Of a DNA stretch of 64,000 nt, positions 49,788 to 62,733 are shown piece after piece; the first letter of the stretch is position 1, and each line of letters starts with the position of its first letter. This DNA comes from Squalus acanthias (lineage: Eukaryota). The DNA is taken from contig CM059431.1 in NCBI GenBank assembly GCA_030390025.1, forward strand, positions 130,016,001-130,080,000. Reading direction: 5' to 3'. Position numbers and translations under genes: made by a program. The notes beneath the pieces were generated by a model. That model worked only from the letters and a program-made list of their open reading frames with translations. It searched no databases and was not told the DNA's origin.

Positions 49788-50590
49788 GGGGAAAAATTGG
49801 GTATCGCCCTTTTTGGGGCGCTAATATCGGCCGGGCGCAAAGTTTAGCGCCCGGTGCTAATTATCGCGTCCAACTGCAAAATTCGCCTCTATCGCCCCTG
49901 GAGGTGATTTGAGCGCTAAATCAAGAGCTACACACCTCTCTCAAGGCGCTAACGTCAGGGAGCGAGGCGCTACCTCAGAACGCAACCGAAGCTCAGGCAA
50001 TGTCAGTTACCATGGAAGCCAGACAGACTGGGACCGTCTAGTTCTTAAAGGGGAGGGGCCATCTTGCTGGCCAGCCACACCCTGTTCATTACAGCCTTGA
50101 ATCTCAGCCTGGAGAAACCTCTGAAGCAATTGTGTTGGAAAGACTAATGGCTAGGCCCAGGGAAAGAGCTCAGCGCTTAGGAACCTCAAAAGTGGTGCGG
50201 AGGACCAGAACTCCTTAAGACAGCGTTAAATCTTTCCAGACGTCTCTCTCCCTCTCAACCTGCATGTACCAAAAATTTTGCCGACAGGAAAAAGCAGGAA
50301 GCGCGCGCCTTTAAATAACGCTCCCCCAGCCCCTTCCCGACTTGAAAATGTTCCCTTCTACTTGTCGTTCCTAGCGGCAGGCGCTAAGGCAGGGGGCGCG
50401 ACTCAATTTCCGGTCCGGGGCGTTGCACGCTTGCATGACGTCACGATCTGCAGGCGTAGGAGATCATGGCGGTAGTGTTTAGTGCCAACGCAGAACGACA
50501 GGACAATTTCTCAAGCGGCGCTAAAATTGGCGCGTTCGGGCACTAAGTTGCTAGTGCCCCATTAACGCTAACCAACCGAATTTTTTCCCC
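49788..50590. mobile_element. Harbinger-like MITE
   Basis: TIRs GGGGAAAAATTGG / CCGAATTTTTTCCCC; GC-rich subtermini with many GCGCTA/TAGCGC motifs. Confidence 0.7.
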
Positions 50591-50647
50591 TACGTGTATT
50601 TTTTTTTGGAATTGATAAAATTTATATATTTTTTATAACAAAAGCAT

Positions 50648-51801
50648 TAAGAACATAAGAAATAGGAGCAGGAGTAGGCCATTCGGCCCTTCGAGCCTGC
50701 TCCGCCATTCAATGAGATCATGGCTGATCTTCTGCCTCAATTCCATTCACCGGCCTTATCGCCATATCCCTTGATGCCCTTACTAGTCAGAAATCTATCG
50801 ACTTCTGTTTTGAATATACCCAATGACTGAGCCTCCACAGCCCTCTGGGGTAGAGAATTCCAAAGATTCACCACCCTCTGTGTGAAGAAATTTCTTCTCA
50901 TCTCAGTCCTGAATGGCCTACCCTTTATCCTGAGGCTGTGGCCCCTGGTCCTAGACTCCCCAGCCAAGGTAAACATTCTCCCAGCATCCACCCTATCAAG
51001 CCCTGTAATAATTTTGTATGCTTCAATGAGATCCCCTCTCATTCTTCTGAATTCAAGAGAATACAGGCCTAGTTTACTCAATCTGTTCTCATACGACAGT
51101 CCCGCCATCCCAGGAATCAATCTCGTGAACCTTCATTGCACTGCCTCTATGGCAAGTATATCCTTCCTTAGGTAAGGAGACCAGAATTGTACACAGTACT
51201 CCAGGTGTGGTCTCACCAAGGCCCTATATAATTGGAGTAAGACTTCTTTACTCCTGTACTCAAATCCTCTTGTAATGAAGGCCAGCATACCATTTGCCTT
51301 CGTAATGGCTTGCTGCACCTGCACATTCACTTTCAGTGACCCATGTACAAGGACACCCAGGACCCTTTGAGCATCTGCATTCCCAATCTTTCACCATTTA
51401 GGAAATACTCTGCCTTTCTGTTTTTTCTACCAAAGTGGATAACTTCACATTTATCCACATTATATTCCATCTGCCATGTTCTCGCCCACTCACTAAGCCT
51501 GTCGAGATCCCCTTGAAGCCTCTTCACATCCTCTTCGCAACTGACACTGCCACCTAGCTTTGTGTCGTCATCAAATTTGAAAATGTTACATTTAGTCCCC
51601 TCATCCAAATCATTGATATAGATTGTGAATAGCTGGGGCCCAAGCACCGATCCTTGTGGTACCCCACTAGTCACAGCCTGTCATCCTGAAAAAGACCCTT
51701 TTATCCCTACTTTTTGTTTTCTGTCTGTTAACCAATTCTCAATCCATGCTAGTATATTACCCCCAATTCCATGTGCCCTAATTTTGTTCACCAACCTCTT
51801 G
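50648..51801 (-). mobile_element. 5'-truncated CR1, same subfamily as 41791-45607
   Basis: ORFs 50737-51674 nearly identical to 44470-45519. Confidence 0.95.
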
Positions 51802-52474
51802 CAACTTATTGCCCCGAGCCAGATGTCATCAGTTAACTTCAGTATAGGCAGAAATCACTGGTTCCTGCCAACATTTAATTTTGTTTTTGTACCTGAAACT
51901 GTCATTTCTGCCTATATCTATAGTTTCTGATATATAATATATTAAATTAGATTCCTAGGGCTGAGATTCAGGCTACTTTCTACTGTTAAGGTTCCACGGG
52001 TGTTCAGCAGGAAATCAACTTTTTGACCTTGTATTGCATCTATGACAGACTTCCTTTAGTTTCTATCGGTTTTATATTCTGCATTTATGATAAATCATTT
52101 TTCAGTAACCTGGCTAAAAGTGTTTTGTGAATACATTCAAAATAATTACATATCTTTGTTACAGTCCAAGATCAAAAGAGACTTGAATTTCTAGATCACA
52201 CCTCTGAGAAACATCTTAAAGTGCTACCTGTATAATGGGTTACGTTGAAATGTGGTGATTGCTTTGTTGGCAAATTCAGCAACCATTCCATATGGAATAA
52301 GATGCCACAAACAGCAGTGAGCAGTTGATGGGGTATATTTTCTTCTTCGGTGAGCCTGGGGAATATTCAGTTCCTAGGCATAGTTTTTTTAAATTAATTC
52401 ACGGGATGTGTGCGTCACTGGCAAGGCCAGCATTTATTGCCCATCCCAAATTGCCCTTGAGAAGGTGGTGGTGG

Positions 52475-53819
52475 TCTTTTCTTTCGTACGGTAGTAGCAA
52501 AGCAAATAAAATGTCAAAGCTAAGTTGGCTATCCAGGCCAAAGCTTCCGGTGTAACAGCGTGGGTATCTTGTAGGCTGCCTGCAAATTTCCTCTGAGGAA
52601 AGTGCGCAATGATGTGCTCCAGGGTCTGATTAGGAGCTCCACAGTCGCATGATGGGGATGCTTTAATCTCCCCTCTATGGAGAAAGTGGCAGCATCTTCT
52701 TCACTCAGAGGGTAGTAGGTCTGTGGAATTTGCTGCCCCAGGAAGCTGTGGAAGCTACATCATTAAATAAATTTAAAACAGAAATAGACAGTTTCCTAGA
52801 AGTAAAGGGAATTAGGGGTTACGGGGAGTGGGCAGGAAATTAGACATGAGGCTGAGTTCGGATCGGTCGAGGCCCTGTGGGTGGCGTAGCGGGCCCAGGG
52901 GCTGAGTGGCCGGGTCCTGCTCCTACTTCTTGTGTTTAGATTTGAGGTGAGGATCAGATCAGCCATGATCTTATTGAATGGCGGAGCAGGCTCGAAGGGC
53001 CGATTGGCCTACTCCTGCTCCTATTTCTTATGTTCTTATGTTCTGAGGCAGTTGATGGTTGTCCACTGTTTGCGAGGAATATTCAGGTTGTACTGTGGGG
53101 TCCTCTATAAGAAATCCATTCCATATGTCGCAGTTCTTCCAAGGATTTCGCCATCGGTCATCAAGGAGATCGCTAAAGGGCTTTGGCGATGGTCCAAAAT
53201 GGCCTTCTAGATTTGAGACGGGTTGGTGGTAGGTTGTTCCAGTTTGTCTGGATCGGCATGTCTTTGCTGGTGTAGCGGTTGTGTTCTCTGGAGACTGCAT
53301 ATTCGCGGCGTAGGTGTTGGCAGCCAAGGTGTTGGTGTCGATAAAAGCGTACCGGTGATAATTCTCACAGTACAATTCAGCTGGACATGAACAAATTTGA
53401 CATGCAGACTTGATAGCTATGCCGGAGAGCAGCACTGTAAAGTACACCAGGGCGAGTGCTGCTGTACGGAGGGTTTGAGCGTCTGCTCCCCATGTGGATC
53501 CGGCAAGTTTCTGGATCAAGTTGACCCTACTCTTTAGTTTCTTCCCAATGTTCTGGAGATGTTGTCTATATGATAGGGTGCGATCAAGCATGACTCCTAA
53601 CAGGAGTTTTTTTTGGCATGGTTTACCTCTGCGCCGCAGAAGGAGACTTTCAAAGCTTGGTTTGCTTGATGGGTGTTGAGGTGGAATGTCGAGGTGACAG
53701 TCTTTTGCGGGTTTGGCCGAAACGCCATCGGCGGAAGTAGGCCTCCATCCTCTAAATCACTGGTTAGGGTCTCATCGGTAATGGCCAGATTCATGTTTTG
53801 CGTGGTCAAGGCAATGTCA
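52475..53819 (-). mobile_element. Vingi/Ingi-like LINE, 5'-truncated
   Basis: LDRTLSYRQHL..KLAGSTWGADAQTLRTAALALVY (ORF 53028-53591); C-terminal CDCGAPNQTLEHII; CCGTACGAAAGAAA 3' end; clade from motif recall. Confidence 0.7.
52697..53043 (+). mobile_element. CR1 3' fragment with doubled 3' module, inserted in the Vingi-like LINE
   Basis: FFTQRVVGLWNLLPQEAVEATSLNKFKTEIDSFLEVKGIRGYGE; related to 5412 and 11007 copies. Confidence 0.92.
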
Positions 53820-54704
53820 TGAGCCACCTTCTTGACTTCCTAGGCCAAATCAGAGGGCGGTTAAGAGTCAACCACATTGCTGTGGATCTGGAGTCACATA
53901 TAGGCCAGACCGGATAAGGGTGGCAGATTTCCTTCCCTAAAGGACATTAGTGAACCAGATGGGTTTTTACGGCAATCAGGTAGTTTCATGGTCACCATTA
54001 GTGATACAAGTTTTTTATTCCAGATTTATTTATTTACATTTAAATTCTCCAGCTTTGAACTCGTGTCTCTGGATTATTACTCCAGGCCTCTGAATTACTA
54101 GTCCAGTAACATAACTACTATGCTACCATACTCCTAGTGAAAGGGAAGTGGGGCAGAGACTAATTGAATCAGATCTCTCCCTCCACAATGCTGCCCGCAG
54201 GAGTTCCAGGCGTTCCCAAAGTGATGCAAGTAGGCCTGTGCCTGCAGTAGGTGTTGGCCTAGTATAAAGATTTACATGAGGTGGTGGGGGATATTGTTGA
54301 CCCTCCCACCTCACTTTCTTCTGTGTATGCCTGTAGTATGCCCAAATAGAGGGAGCCCCAAAAAAGCTGGCAAGGAGCTTGTGCGATTGTGGGGTCTTGA
54401 GGCAGTCCAAGAATACAAGCAGGCACCAGGTATGTTGGAATTGTAAATCCCTACCACTACCTCACTCCCCAAAATGGTCTTCAGGCCCTGCTGCCAGCAG
54501 CCAGGAGTATATCTACAACCCCTCATACTTGCTATCTTCCTCCTTCCACCAGACCCAGAGACCCAGCCAGGGGCCAGATCTGCACTAAGAGGGTGCCAGG
54601 GTCAGGAAAATTGAGTGCACTCCTCCCCTCAGAGATACATGTCTCCTCATATACTGCATCTATCTGTCTGGTGCTCAGCAAGGGCTCAGAGAGGAAAATC
54701 GGCC

Positions 54705-55010
54705 CAATATGTTTTTGGTCGTGTTGGTTGAGGGAGAAATGTTGATGAGAGCACTTGGGAAACTCCCTGCTTTTCTTTTGAATAGAAGCAATGAAATCTT
54801 CAACGTTCATGTCAGCCACCAGAGCAGGCAATAGCGTTTTGATTTCACATCTGAGGTGAAGGACGGCATCTCCAATAATGCAGTCCTCTCATACCTCAGT
54901 ATTGAACTGCAGTGTTGCATTAGATTATGTGCTGAAGTTCTGGAGTGTAGTATGCAGCTGTGAACTTCTGACTTGGGGACAAGACTACTAGCAACCGAGC
55001 CAAGCTGATA
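54705..55010 (-). mobile_element. Diverged SacSINE1-like SINE fragment
   Basis: GGGAAACTCCCTGCTTTTCTTTTGAATAG...TAGATTATGTGCTGAAGTTCTGGAGTG...CTTCTGACT..CCAAGCTGA. Confidence 0.6.
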
Positions 55011-56919
55011 TACTATAGTTTAGTCTTTTTTTACTTGAATATTTATTAGCTTGTACCGAATGATGATGACATTGCTCACCAAGTAAACACAATTTTTCCC
55101 GTACCCCCACCAAAAAAGTTGAATCTATGAAGTTGCAAACCACCTGAATATTCATAGATCAGAGGCCACATTTCAGACAAAATCCATATATGCTTAGGTT
55201 AAAAATGTTTTCAAAGAATTAGTTATGGCTGATTGTCAGCTGAATTATGTTGATAGATTTGCAGATTCAGTATAGACCCACAGTTTATTTTTAGTATTCT
55301 ATGTCACAACAGTTCCTTGATTACAATCTTGGCTTGGGAGGCATTTGTTCAAACATCGATAAAATCTGTTGATGGTAAAGGAATTAATATTCTAAGCACA
55401 GTTCAGTAGATTAACTACTGTTTGGAGACTGTGCAATTATTTCACTTTATTGTAATTTCATTGATTCCAAATCAAATCAGTAGTGTAAATAGACTAAACA
55501 ATATGTACATTCACAAACAATAAAAACAGAAATGCACAATAAGATCAGCCAGCACCAAAAGAGAAACATGATTTAATGTTTTCTCTGTGACCCGTCAGTT
55601 CCAGGTCTTTCTGACTTATTTCAGATTTTCAGCATTCATGGTTGTTCTTTTCTCTACATATTCAGAGGCAGATATGCAGTCAGAAATAATTTGGGAACTT
55701 GGGCCTCAAAACTCTGTGGGCCGCAGAGAGCAGGTGTATCGCCTATCAGTGGCCCAGGATTTGGGCGGGGCCAGGTTTTGCCAGTATTCGACCCCATGTA
55801 TCCATTGCTATAAATTCCAGTCAGGGTGGGGAAGCAGGCTATCTACCTGCTATGTCAAAGGAGCATGTCTAGGGGAGTTCCTGGGCTACCCTGAGATTTC
55901 TGCCCATTATCCCATTGCTCGGCACAACAGAGCTCTTGCCAGCTGAAATCTGGTATGGGTTTGTGGAGCCTCGGGGGAATGTCCCAGCAGTTCCCAAGAT
56001 TAAGATGATCGATCCCAGAGATGATTGGTAACCTCTCAAAGTATGTCCCTTAGCTACAAATCTATCCTTTGGTTTAATGTGCTGATTTCAGTGTCTTTCA
56101 GAATTGTCAAAGACGATGGGGAATATTTTGGTGAAAGGGTGAAAATAGGCACTAAATGGATTCTGTGCTAATAAGACACGCCTGTTTGAAGGTCTGGTTT
56201 TAGCACGCAATTCTTGACCTAATTGCTGATTACCATAATTAACTATATTTTAGGACTGTGATAAACTATAGGTAAGTGTCTTAAAATGTAATGTAACTCA
56301 ACCACTTTTTATGGGTTTCTTAAACTTTTGACATGGCCTTTCTAGCTGGAGGAAAGTTTCCCCTTGTCTCTCGAGAGATATTTGATCATGACAGTATTCT
56401 AATTATATTTGGTTGTTCATTTTATTTTGATGGAATAGAAATAATGAGGTTACTGAGGGAAAGCAGATGCAGCATGCTTCACACCGACCAAATTGGTGTG
56501 AAAGTAGCTAACATAATACAAATCTTTAAAAAGGTGCATAGAGACATCCCAAGCCACTACAAGTCAATGAGCCAAACATCTGTTAAATAAAGAATTAAAA
56601 GGTATTATGAAAGAGGGGATAATGAAACCCCCTGACAGGTATGGATACCCCCAAAAATGGAGTCAGCATGTATTTATGGGAGAGAGATTTTGCTTACCAA
56701 ATATACTGTGGAGTTTTTTGACGAACCTTGTTGACAGTGGAAATCCTGTGGCTGTGAATAGCCCAATGAAACCAAAAATGTAGTGTGTGGCAGTGCAGGA
56801 CAGAAGGAGGAAATCTTGTTGAGGAATACAGTATAGGGCTGGGGAAGGCAGTACATAGCAAGGATCTTAAATAAGAGCCAGGAGGGATAGAAGAGAGTGA
56901 GCAGCTTGAAGGAGAAGAA

Positions 56920-57220
56920 CACGGTGGCATAGTGGTTAGCACTGTTGCCTCACAGCGCCAGGGACCCGGGTTCGAATCCGGCCTCGGGTGACTGTCTGTG
57001 TGGAGTTTGCACATTCTCCCCGTGTCTGTGTGGGTTTCCTCCGGGTGCTCCGGTTTCCTCCCACAGTCCAAAGATGTGCGGGTTAGGTTGATTTGGCTAT
57101 GATAAATTGACCCTTAGTGTTAGGGGGATTAAATACGGGGATAGGGTGGGATATGTGTCGGTGCAGGCTCGATGGGCCGAAATGGCCTCTATCTGCACTG
57201 TGGGGATTCTGTGATTCTGT
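56920..57220 (+). mobile_element. HE1-like V-SINE
   Basis: A box TGGCATAGTGG, B box GGTTCGAATCC, V-domain, CR1-like stem-loop tail ending (ATTCTGTG)2; GAAGAA TSD (56914-56919 / 57221-57226). Confidence 0.9.
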
Positions 57221-57408
57221 GAAGAAGATGGCAGAGGACTATAATGAGAAGCCAAGGTGGGACTTGGTGATAAGGGTTGTGCTGCTGCTGTGGTGGTTTG
57301 GGTAGGACAAGTCAAAAAATGTGTAGCTAGGCAGGGATGAATCCATTAGTCATTGTCCATGTGACAGGATGTCAATAAATTCATCCACAATGTGTTGTAG
57401 AAGGCCTT

Positions 57409-57900
57409 CGGGGCTAAATCGTGTTGATTTGCGCCTCCCGTTAGCGCCCTAAGAGGGTGCAAATCAACTAGCACCTGGGCGCGGCGCCACTAACGCCTCC
57501 CGCGAAATTCAGCGGGAGGTTAGCAGTGGTGCTAACCGTTAGCGGCGCCAGCGATTACATTATCGCCGTGCGCAGCGCACTGCTCGCACCCCGGCTGTAA
57601 TATTGGGTGGTGCCCCCCGACTTACCGCCGGACGCTATGTCCACCTGAGTCAGGGGGGGCCTACCTGCGGCCGGGGCGGCTCTAGTTAAAGGGGAGGTGG
57701 CGGGCGGCCATTTTTGTTGCTGGCCGCCTGCCAGCACCTACCCCGTCGCTGTCTCCGGCCCCCCCCCCCCCCCCCCCCCACCCCCCGCGGGATGCCGGCT
57801 GCTCTCCGTGAGCCCGGCACTCCTCTTGAGTGCCGGGCTCGTTTGCTGGCACTCCCAATCCCTGGTGGCCCAGCTGGGTGCCGGGATGCGCTCCCCAGTG
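57409..57900. mobile_element. GC-rich MITE-like left arm abutting a CR1
   Basis: Starts GGGGCTAAAT, TAGCGC-rich like 49788-50590; long poly-C at 57759-57787; right TIR not found in window. Confidence 0.45.
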
Positions 57901-59858
57901 GAAGAAGTGTGAGATCTGAGTGGGAGCAGACCGAGGCCCGAGAGTGGGGATAAAAGCAGCAGCGGACCTGCAACTACAAGAGAAAACTACAGTGTAACGT
58001 CACAGGTAAGGCAGGTAAGTGATTGGTAGTGACTGTGGGCTAAGTTTTAAGTTAACATATAGCATATAACTTTTTTTTAAACTAAACTTAATTTAATTAA
58101 TTTAATAAACTAAACGAGGTAAATAATTTGATGTAACACTGAACTAATTCATTAAATAAATAAATAAAATAATGGGAGACCAGGAGATGTGTTGCTGCTG
58201 CAATATGTGGGACATTTTTGTCCAGGGTGACTACATCTGCGGTAAGTGTCTGCAGCTCGAGGAACTGCGGCTCCGAGTTGAGGAGCTGGAGTCCGAACTG
58301 CAGACATTACGAGACATCAGGGAGGGAGAAAGTTACCTGGACCTTTTGCTCCAGGAGGCAGCCACACCCCTTAGATTAAATACTGTATAATTGACACGTG
58401 GTCAGGGACAGGAGGGTGTGACTGCGAGTGAGGCAGGTACGGGGATCCAGGAGGTAGTATTGCAGGAGCCTCAGTCCCTGCACTTGTCCAATAGATTCGA
58501 GGTTCTTGCAACCCTTGTGGACGAGTGTGGGGACTGCGGGGAGGACGAGCAAACTGACCACGGCACCGTGGTACAGGAAGCCGTTCAAGTGGGGGAGTAA
58601 AAAGGAAGGTGGTTGTAGTAGGCAACAGTATAGTTAGGGGGATAGACACTGTTATCTGCAGCTAGGATCGTGAGTCCTGAATGCTATGTTGCCTTCCTGG
58701 TGCCAGGGTAAAGGACATCTCCTCCGGGCTAGAGAAGAACTTGGAGTGGGAGGGGGAGGGTCCAGTTGTCGTGGTCCACGTAGGTACCAACGACATAGGT
58801 AGGACTAAGAAAGAGGTTCTGCTGAGAGAGTTTGAGCAGCTAGGGACTAAATTAAAAAGCAGAACCACAAAGGTAATAATCTCTGGATTATTACCTGAGC
58901 CATGAGCAAATTGGCATAGGGTCAATAGGATCAGGGAGATGAATGCGTGGCTCAAAGATTGGTGTGGGAGAAGTAGGTTTCAATTCGTGGGGCACTGGCA
59001 CCAGTACTGGGGAAAGAGAGAGCTGTTTCGTTGGGACGGACTACACCTGAACCATGCTGGGACCAGAGTTCTAGCGAATCGAATAACTAGGGAGGTAGAT
59101 AGGGCTTTAAACTAAATAAGTGGGGTGTGGGGGGGGGGGGGGGAGGGTCCCGGTGGAGAGAAATCTAGAATGCTAAAGAGAAAAGACAAGGAAGCAGTGC
59201 AGGAAAGGGATTGGGGTAAGGATAACTAGATTGTGTCAGGAAGGGGCAGAGCGTACAAACAAAAGAGTGCACTAACAAATAGGGTCCGGGTAAGAAAAAA
59301 TGAAAAGACAAATAGGGCCATAGTACAAAAAAATGTTAAGATGTCTAAAAATGTTAAAAAGACAAATCTAAAGGCACTGTATCTGAATGCACGAAGCATT
59401 TGGAATAAGGTAGATGAATTAACAGCGCAAATAGATGAAAACGAATATGATATAATTGCGATTACGGAGACATGGCTGCAGGGTGACCAAGGCTGGGAGC
59501 TGAATATTATAGGATATTCGGTATTTAGGAAGGACAGGCAAAAAGGAAAAGGAGGTGGAGTGGTGTTGTTCGTAAAGGATGAAATCAGAGCAATAGTGAG
59601 AAAGGATATTGGCTCAGAAAATCAAGATGTAGAATCAGTCTGGGTGGAGCTAAGAAGCACCAAGGGGCAGAAAACATTGGTGGGAGTTGTATAAAGGCCT
59701 CCAAACAGTAGTGGTAATGTAGGGGATGGCATCAAACAGGAAATTAGAGGTGCATGTAACAAGGGTACTACAGTAATCCTGGGTGACTTTAATCTACGTA
59801 TAGACTGGCCAAACCAAATTAGCTGTGGAGGATGAATTCCTGGAGTGTGTATGAGATG

Positions 59859-60086
59859 GTTTTTTAGACCAGTACGTTGAGGAGCCAATGAGGGAACAGG
59901 CTAGATTGGGTATTGTGCAATGAGAAGGGGTTAATTAATAATCTTGTTGTGCGGGGTCCTTTAGGGAAGAGTTTTTTAGACCAGTACGTTGAGGAGCCAA
60001 TGAGGGAACAGGCTAGATTGGGTATTGTGCAATGAGAAGGGGTTAATTAATAATCTTGTTGTGCTTTAGGGTCCTTTAGGGAAGAG
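59859..60086. repeat. ~112-bp tandem duplication within the CR1 endonuclease region
   Basis: GTTTTTTAGACCAGTACGTTGAGGAGCC...CCTTTAGGGAAGA at 59859-59970 and 59971-60085. Confidence 0.92.
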
Positions 60087-61432
60087 TGACCATAACATGA
60101 TAGAATTCTTCATTAAGATGGAAAGTGAAGTAGTCCAAGCCGAAACTAGGGTCCTAAATCTAAAAAAAGGAAACTACGAAGGTATGAGGAGAGAGTTGGC
60201 TATGATAGATTGGGGAGCTTCATTAAAAGGCATGATGGTGGATAGGCAATGGCTAACATTTAAGGAACGAATGCATGAATTGCAACAGTTATACATTCCT
60301 TTCTGGCACAAAAACACAAAAGGAAAAGCGGCCCAACCATGGCTAACAAAAGAAATTAAGGATAGTATTAGATCCAAAGAGGAGTCATATAAAGTTGCCA
60401 GAAAAAGTAGCAAGCCTGAGGATTGGGAGCAGTTTAGAATTCAGTAAAAAAAGGACCAAGAGATTGATTAAGAGAGGAAAAATAGAGTATGAGAGTAAAC
60501 TTGCAAGGAACATAAAAGCGGATTGTAAAAGCTTCTACAAGTATGTAAAAAGAAAAAGATTAGTGAAGACAAATGTAGATCCCTTACAGTCAGAAATGGG
60601 AGAATTTATAATGGGGAACAAGGAAATGGCGGAGCAATTAAACAAATACTTTAGTTCTGTCTTCACGGAAGAGGACACAAATAACTTCCCAGAAATGCTA
60701 AGGAACCAAGGGCCTAGTGAGAAGGAGGAATTAAAGGAAATTAGTATTAGTAAAAAAAATAGTGCTGGAGAAATTGATGGGACTGAAAGCCGATAAATCC
60801 CCAGGGCCTGATAATCTGCATCCCAGAGTACTAAAAGAGGTAGCCATGGAAATAGTGGATGCATTGGTTGTCATCTTCTAAAATTCTATAGATTATGGAA
60901 CAGTTCCTGCAGATTGGAGGGTGGCATATGTAACCCCACTATTTAAAAAAGGAGGGAGAGAGAAAACAAGGAACTACACACATCATCAGTAGTAGGGAAA
61001 ATGCTAGTGTCTATTATAAAGGATGTGATAACAGGACACTTAGAAAATATCAATGGGATTAGACAAAGTCAACATGGATTTATGAAAGGGATATCGTGTT
61101 TGACAAACCTACTGGAGTTTTTTGAGGATGTAACTGGTAGAATAGATAAGGGAGAACCAGTGGATGTGGTGTATTTGGATTTTCAGAAGGCCTTTGATAA
61201 AGTCCCACATAAGAGGTTAGTGTGCAAAATTAAAGCACATGGGATTGGGCGTAATATGCTGACATGGATTGAAAATTGGTTAACAGACAGGAAACAGAGA
61301 GTGTAAATAAATGGGTCTTTTTCGGGGTGGCAGGCGGTGACTAGTGGGGTACTGCAGGGATCAGTGCTTGGGCCCCAGCTATTCACAATATATATCAATG
61401 ATTTGGATGAGGGAACCAAATGTAATATTTCC

Positions 61433-62733
61433 TAAATAACAACAGAAAACGCTGGAAAAACTCAGCAGGCCAGGCAACATCCGTGGAGAGAGAAAGAGAG
61501 TTAACGTTTCAGGTCGAAACCCTTCGTCGGAACTGAGAGAGCAAGAAATAAACAGATAAAAATGCAAGGGGGAGGCTGGGGGGAGGAATAAAAGAACAAA
61601 AGGGATGGTCTTTAGTGAGTAGAGACATTGAGAGATGCTCAAGGCAAGACGAGATGGTAATGGGACAGGTTGAGAAACAAAAGGTAAGGTGTGAAATGCT
61701 GGCAGAATCAGAGACAGCTGCCGTGGGGGGAGAGAGAGAAAAAAAGGAAAAAGGCACGGACCAAAAGAGTGGATAAAATGTATACATATATGGTAGGGGC
61801 CGGGGTTATGATCTGAAATTGTTGAACTCGATATTGAGTCCGGAAGGCTGTAAAGTGCCTAAACGGAAGATGAGGTGCTGTTCCTCGAGCTTACGCTGCG
61901 CTTCCGTGGAACAATGCAAGAGGCCGAGGACGGTGAGGTCTGAGTGAGCGTGGAGGGGTGAATTAAAATGACAAGCGACCGGAAGCTCGGGGTCAACCTT
62001 CCGGACTGAACGGAGGTGTTCCGCAAAGCGGTCATCCAATCTGCGCTTGGTCTCCCCAATGTAGAGGAGACCACATCGTGAGCAGCGAAAGTGGTCTCCT
62101 CTACATTGGGGAGACCAAGCGCAGATTGGGTGACCGCTTTGCGGAACACCTCCGTTCAGTCCGGAAGGTTGACCCCGAGCTTCCGGTCGCTTGTCATTTT
62201 AATTCACCCCTCCACGCTCACTCAGACCTCACCGTCCTCGGCCTCTTGCATTGTTCCACGGAAGCGCAGCGTAAGCTCGAGGAACAGCACCTCATCTTCC
62301 GTTTAGGCACTTTACAGCCTTCCGGACTCAATATCGAGTTCAACAATTTCAGATCATAACCCCGGCCCCTACCATATATGTATACATTTTATCCACTCTT
62401 TTGGTCCGTGCCTTTTTCCTTTTTTTCTCTCTCTCCCCCCACGGCAGCTGTCTCTGATTCTGCCAGCATTTCACACCTTACCTTTTTGTTTCTCAACCTG
62501 TCTCATTACCATCTCGTCTTGCCTTGAGCATCTCTCAATGTCTCTACTCACTAAAGACCATCCCTTTTGTTCTTTTATTCCTCCCCCCAGCCTCCCTCTT
62601 GCATTTTTATCTGTTTATTTCTTGCTCTCTCAGTTCCGACGAAGGGTTTCGACCTGAAACGTTAACTCTCTTTCTCTCTCCACGGATGTTGCCTGGCCTG
62701 CTGAGTTTTTCCAGCGTTTTCTGTTGTTATTTA
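61433..62733. mobile_element. Penelope-like element 3' portion (GIY-YIG C-terminus + pLTR), two head-to-head copies
   Basis: RCSRCGLLYIGETKRRLGDRFAEHLRSV..PVACHFNS..RKLEEQHLIFRLGTLQPSGLN; pLTR shared with 16302-16491. Confidence 0.93.
62632..62667 (+). ncRNA. Hammerhead-like motif with CCGACGA variant core (mirror copy 61499-61534, minus)
   Basis: AGTT-CCGACGA-A-GGGT-TTCG-ACCT-GAAA-CGT-T-AACT. Confidence 0.55.

Larger units (their letters stand above)
52384..54130 (-). mobile_element. tRNA-headed SINE whose tail matches the LINE at 130-2604 (parts 52384-52473 and 53820-54130)
   Basis: Head GGTAGCATAGTAGTTATGTTACTGGACTAG..GAGTTCAAA at ~54127; tail 52384-52473 matches 38786-38875. Confidence 0.7.

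Noticed and set aside
55515..55640. Another inverted PLE pLTR relic with a hammerhead
   Set aside because: Too degraded; core motif not retained
56920..56990. tRNA gene (also 34335-34405 and 17313-17390)
   Set aside because: tRNA-derived SINE heads that run into SINE bodies
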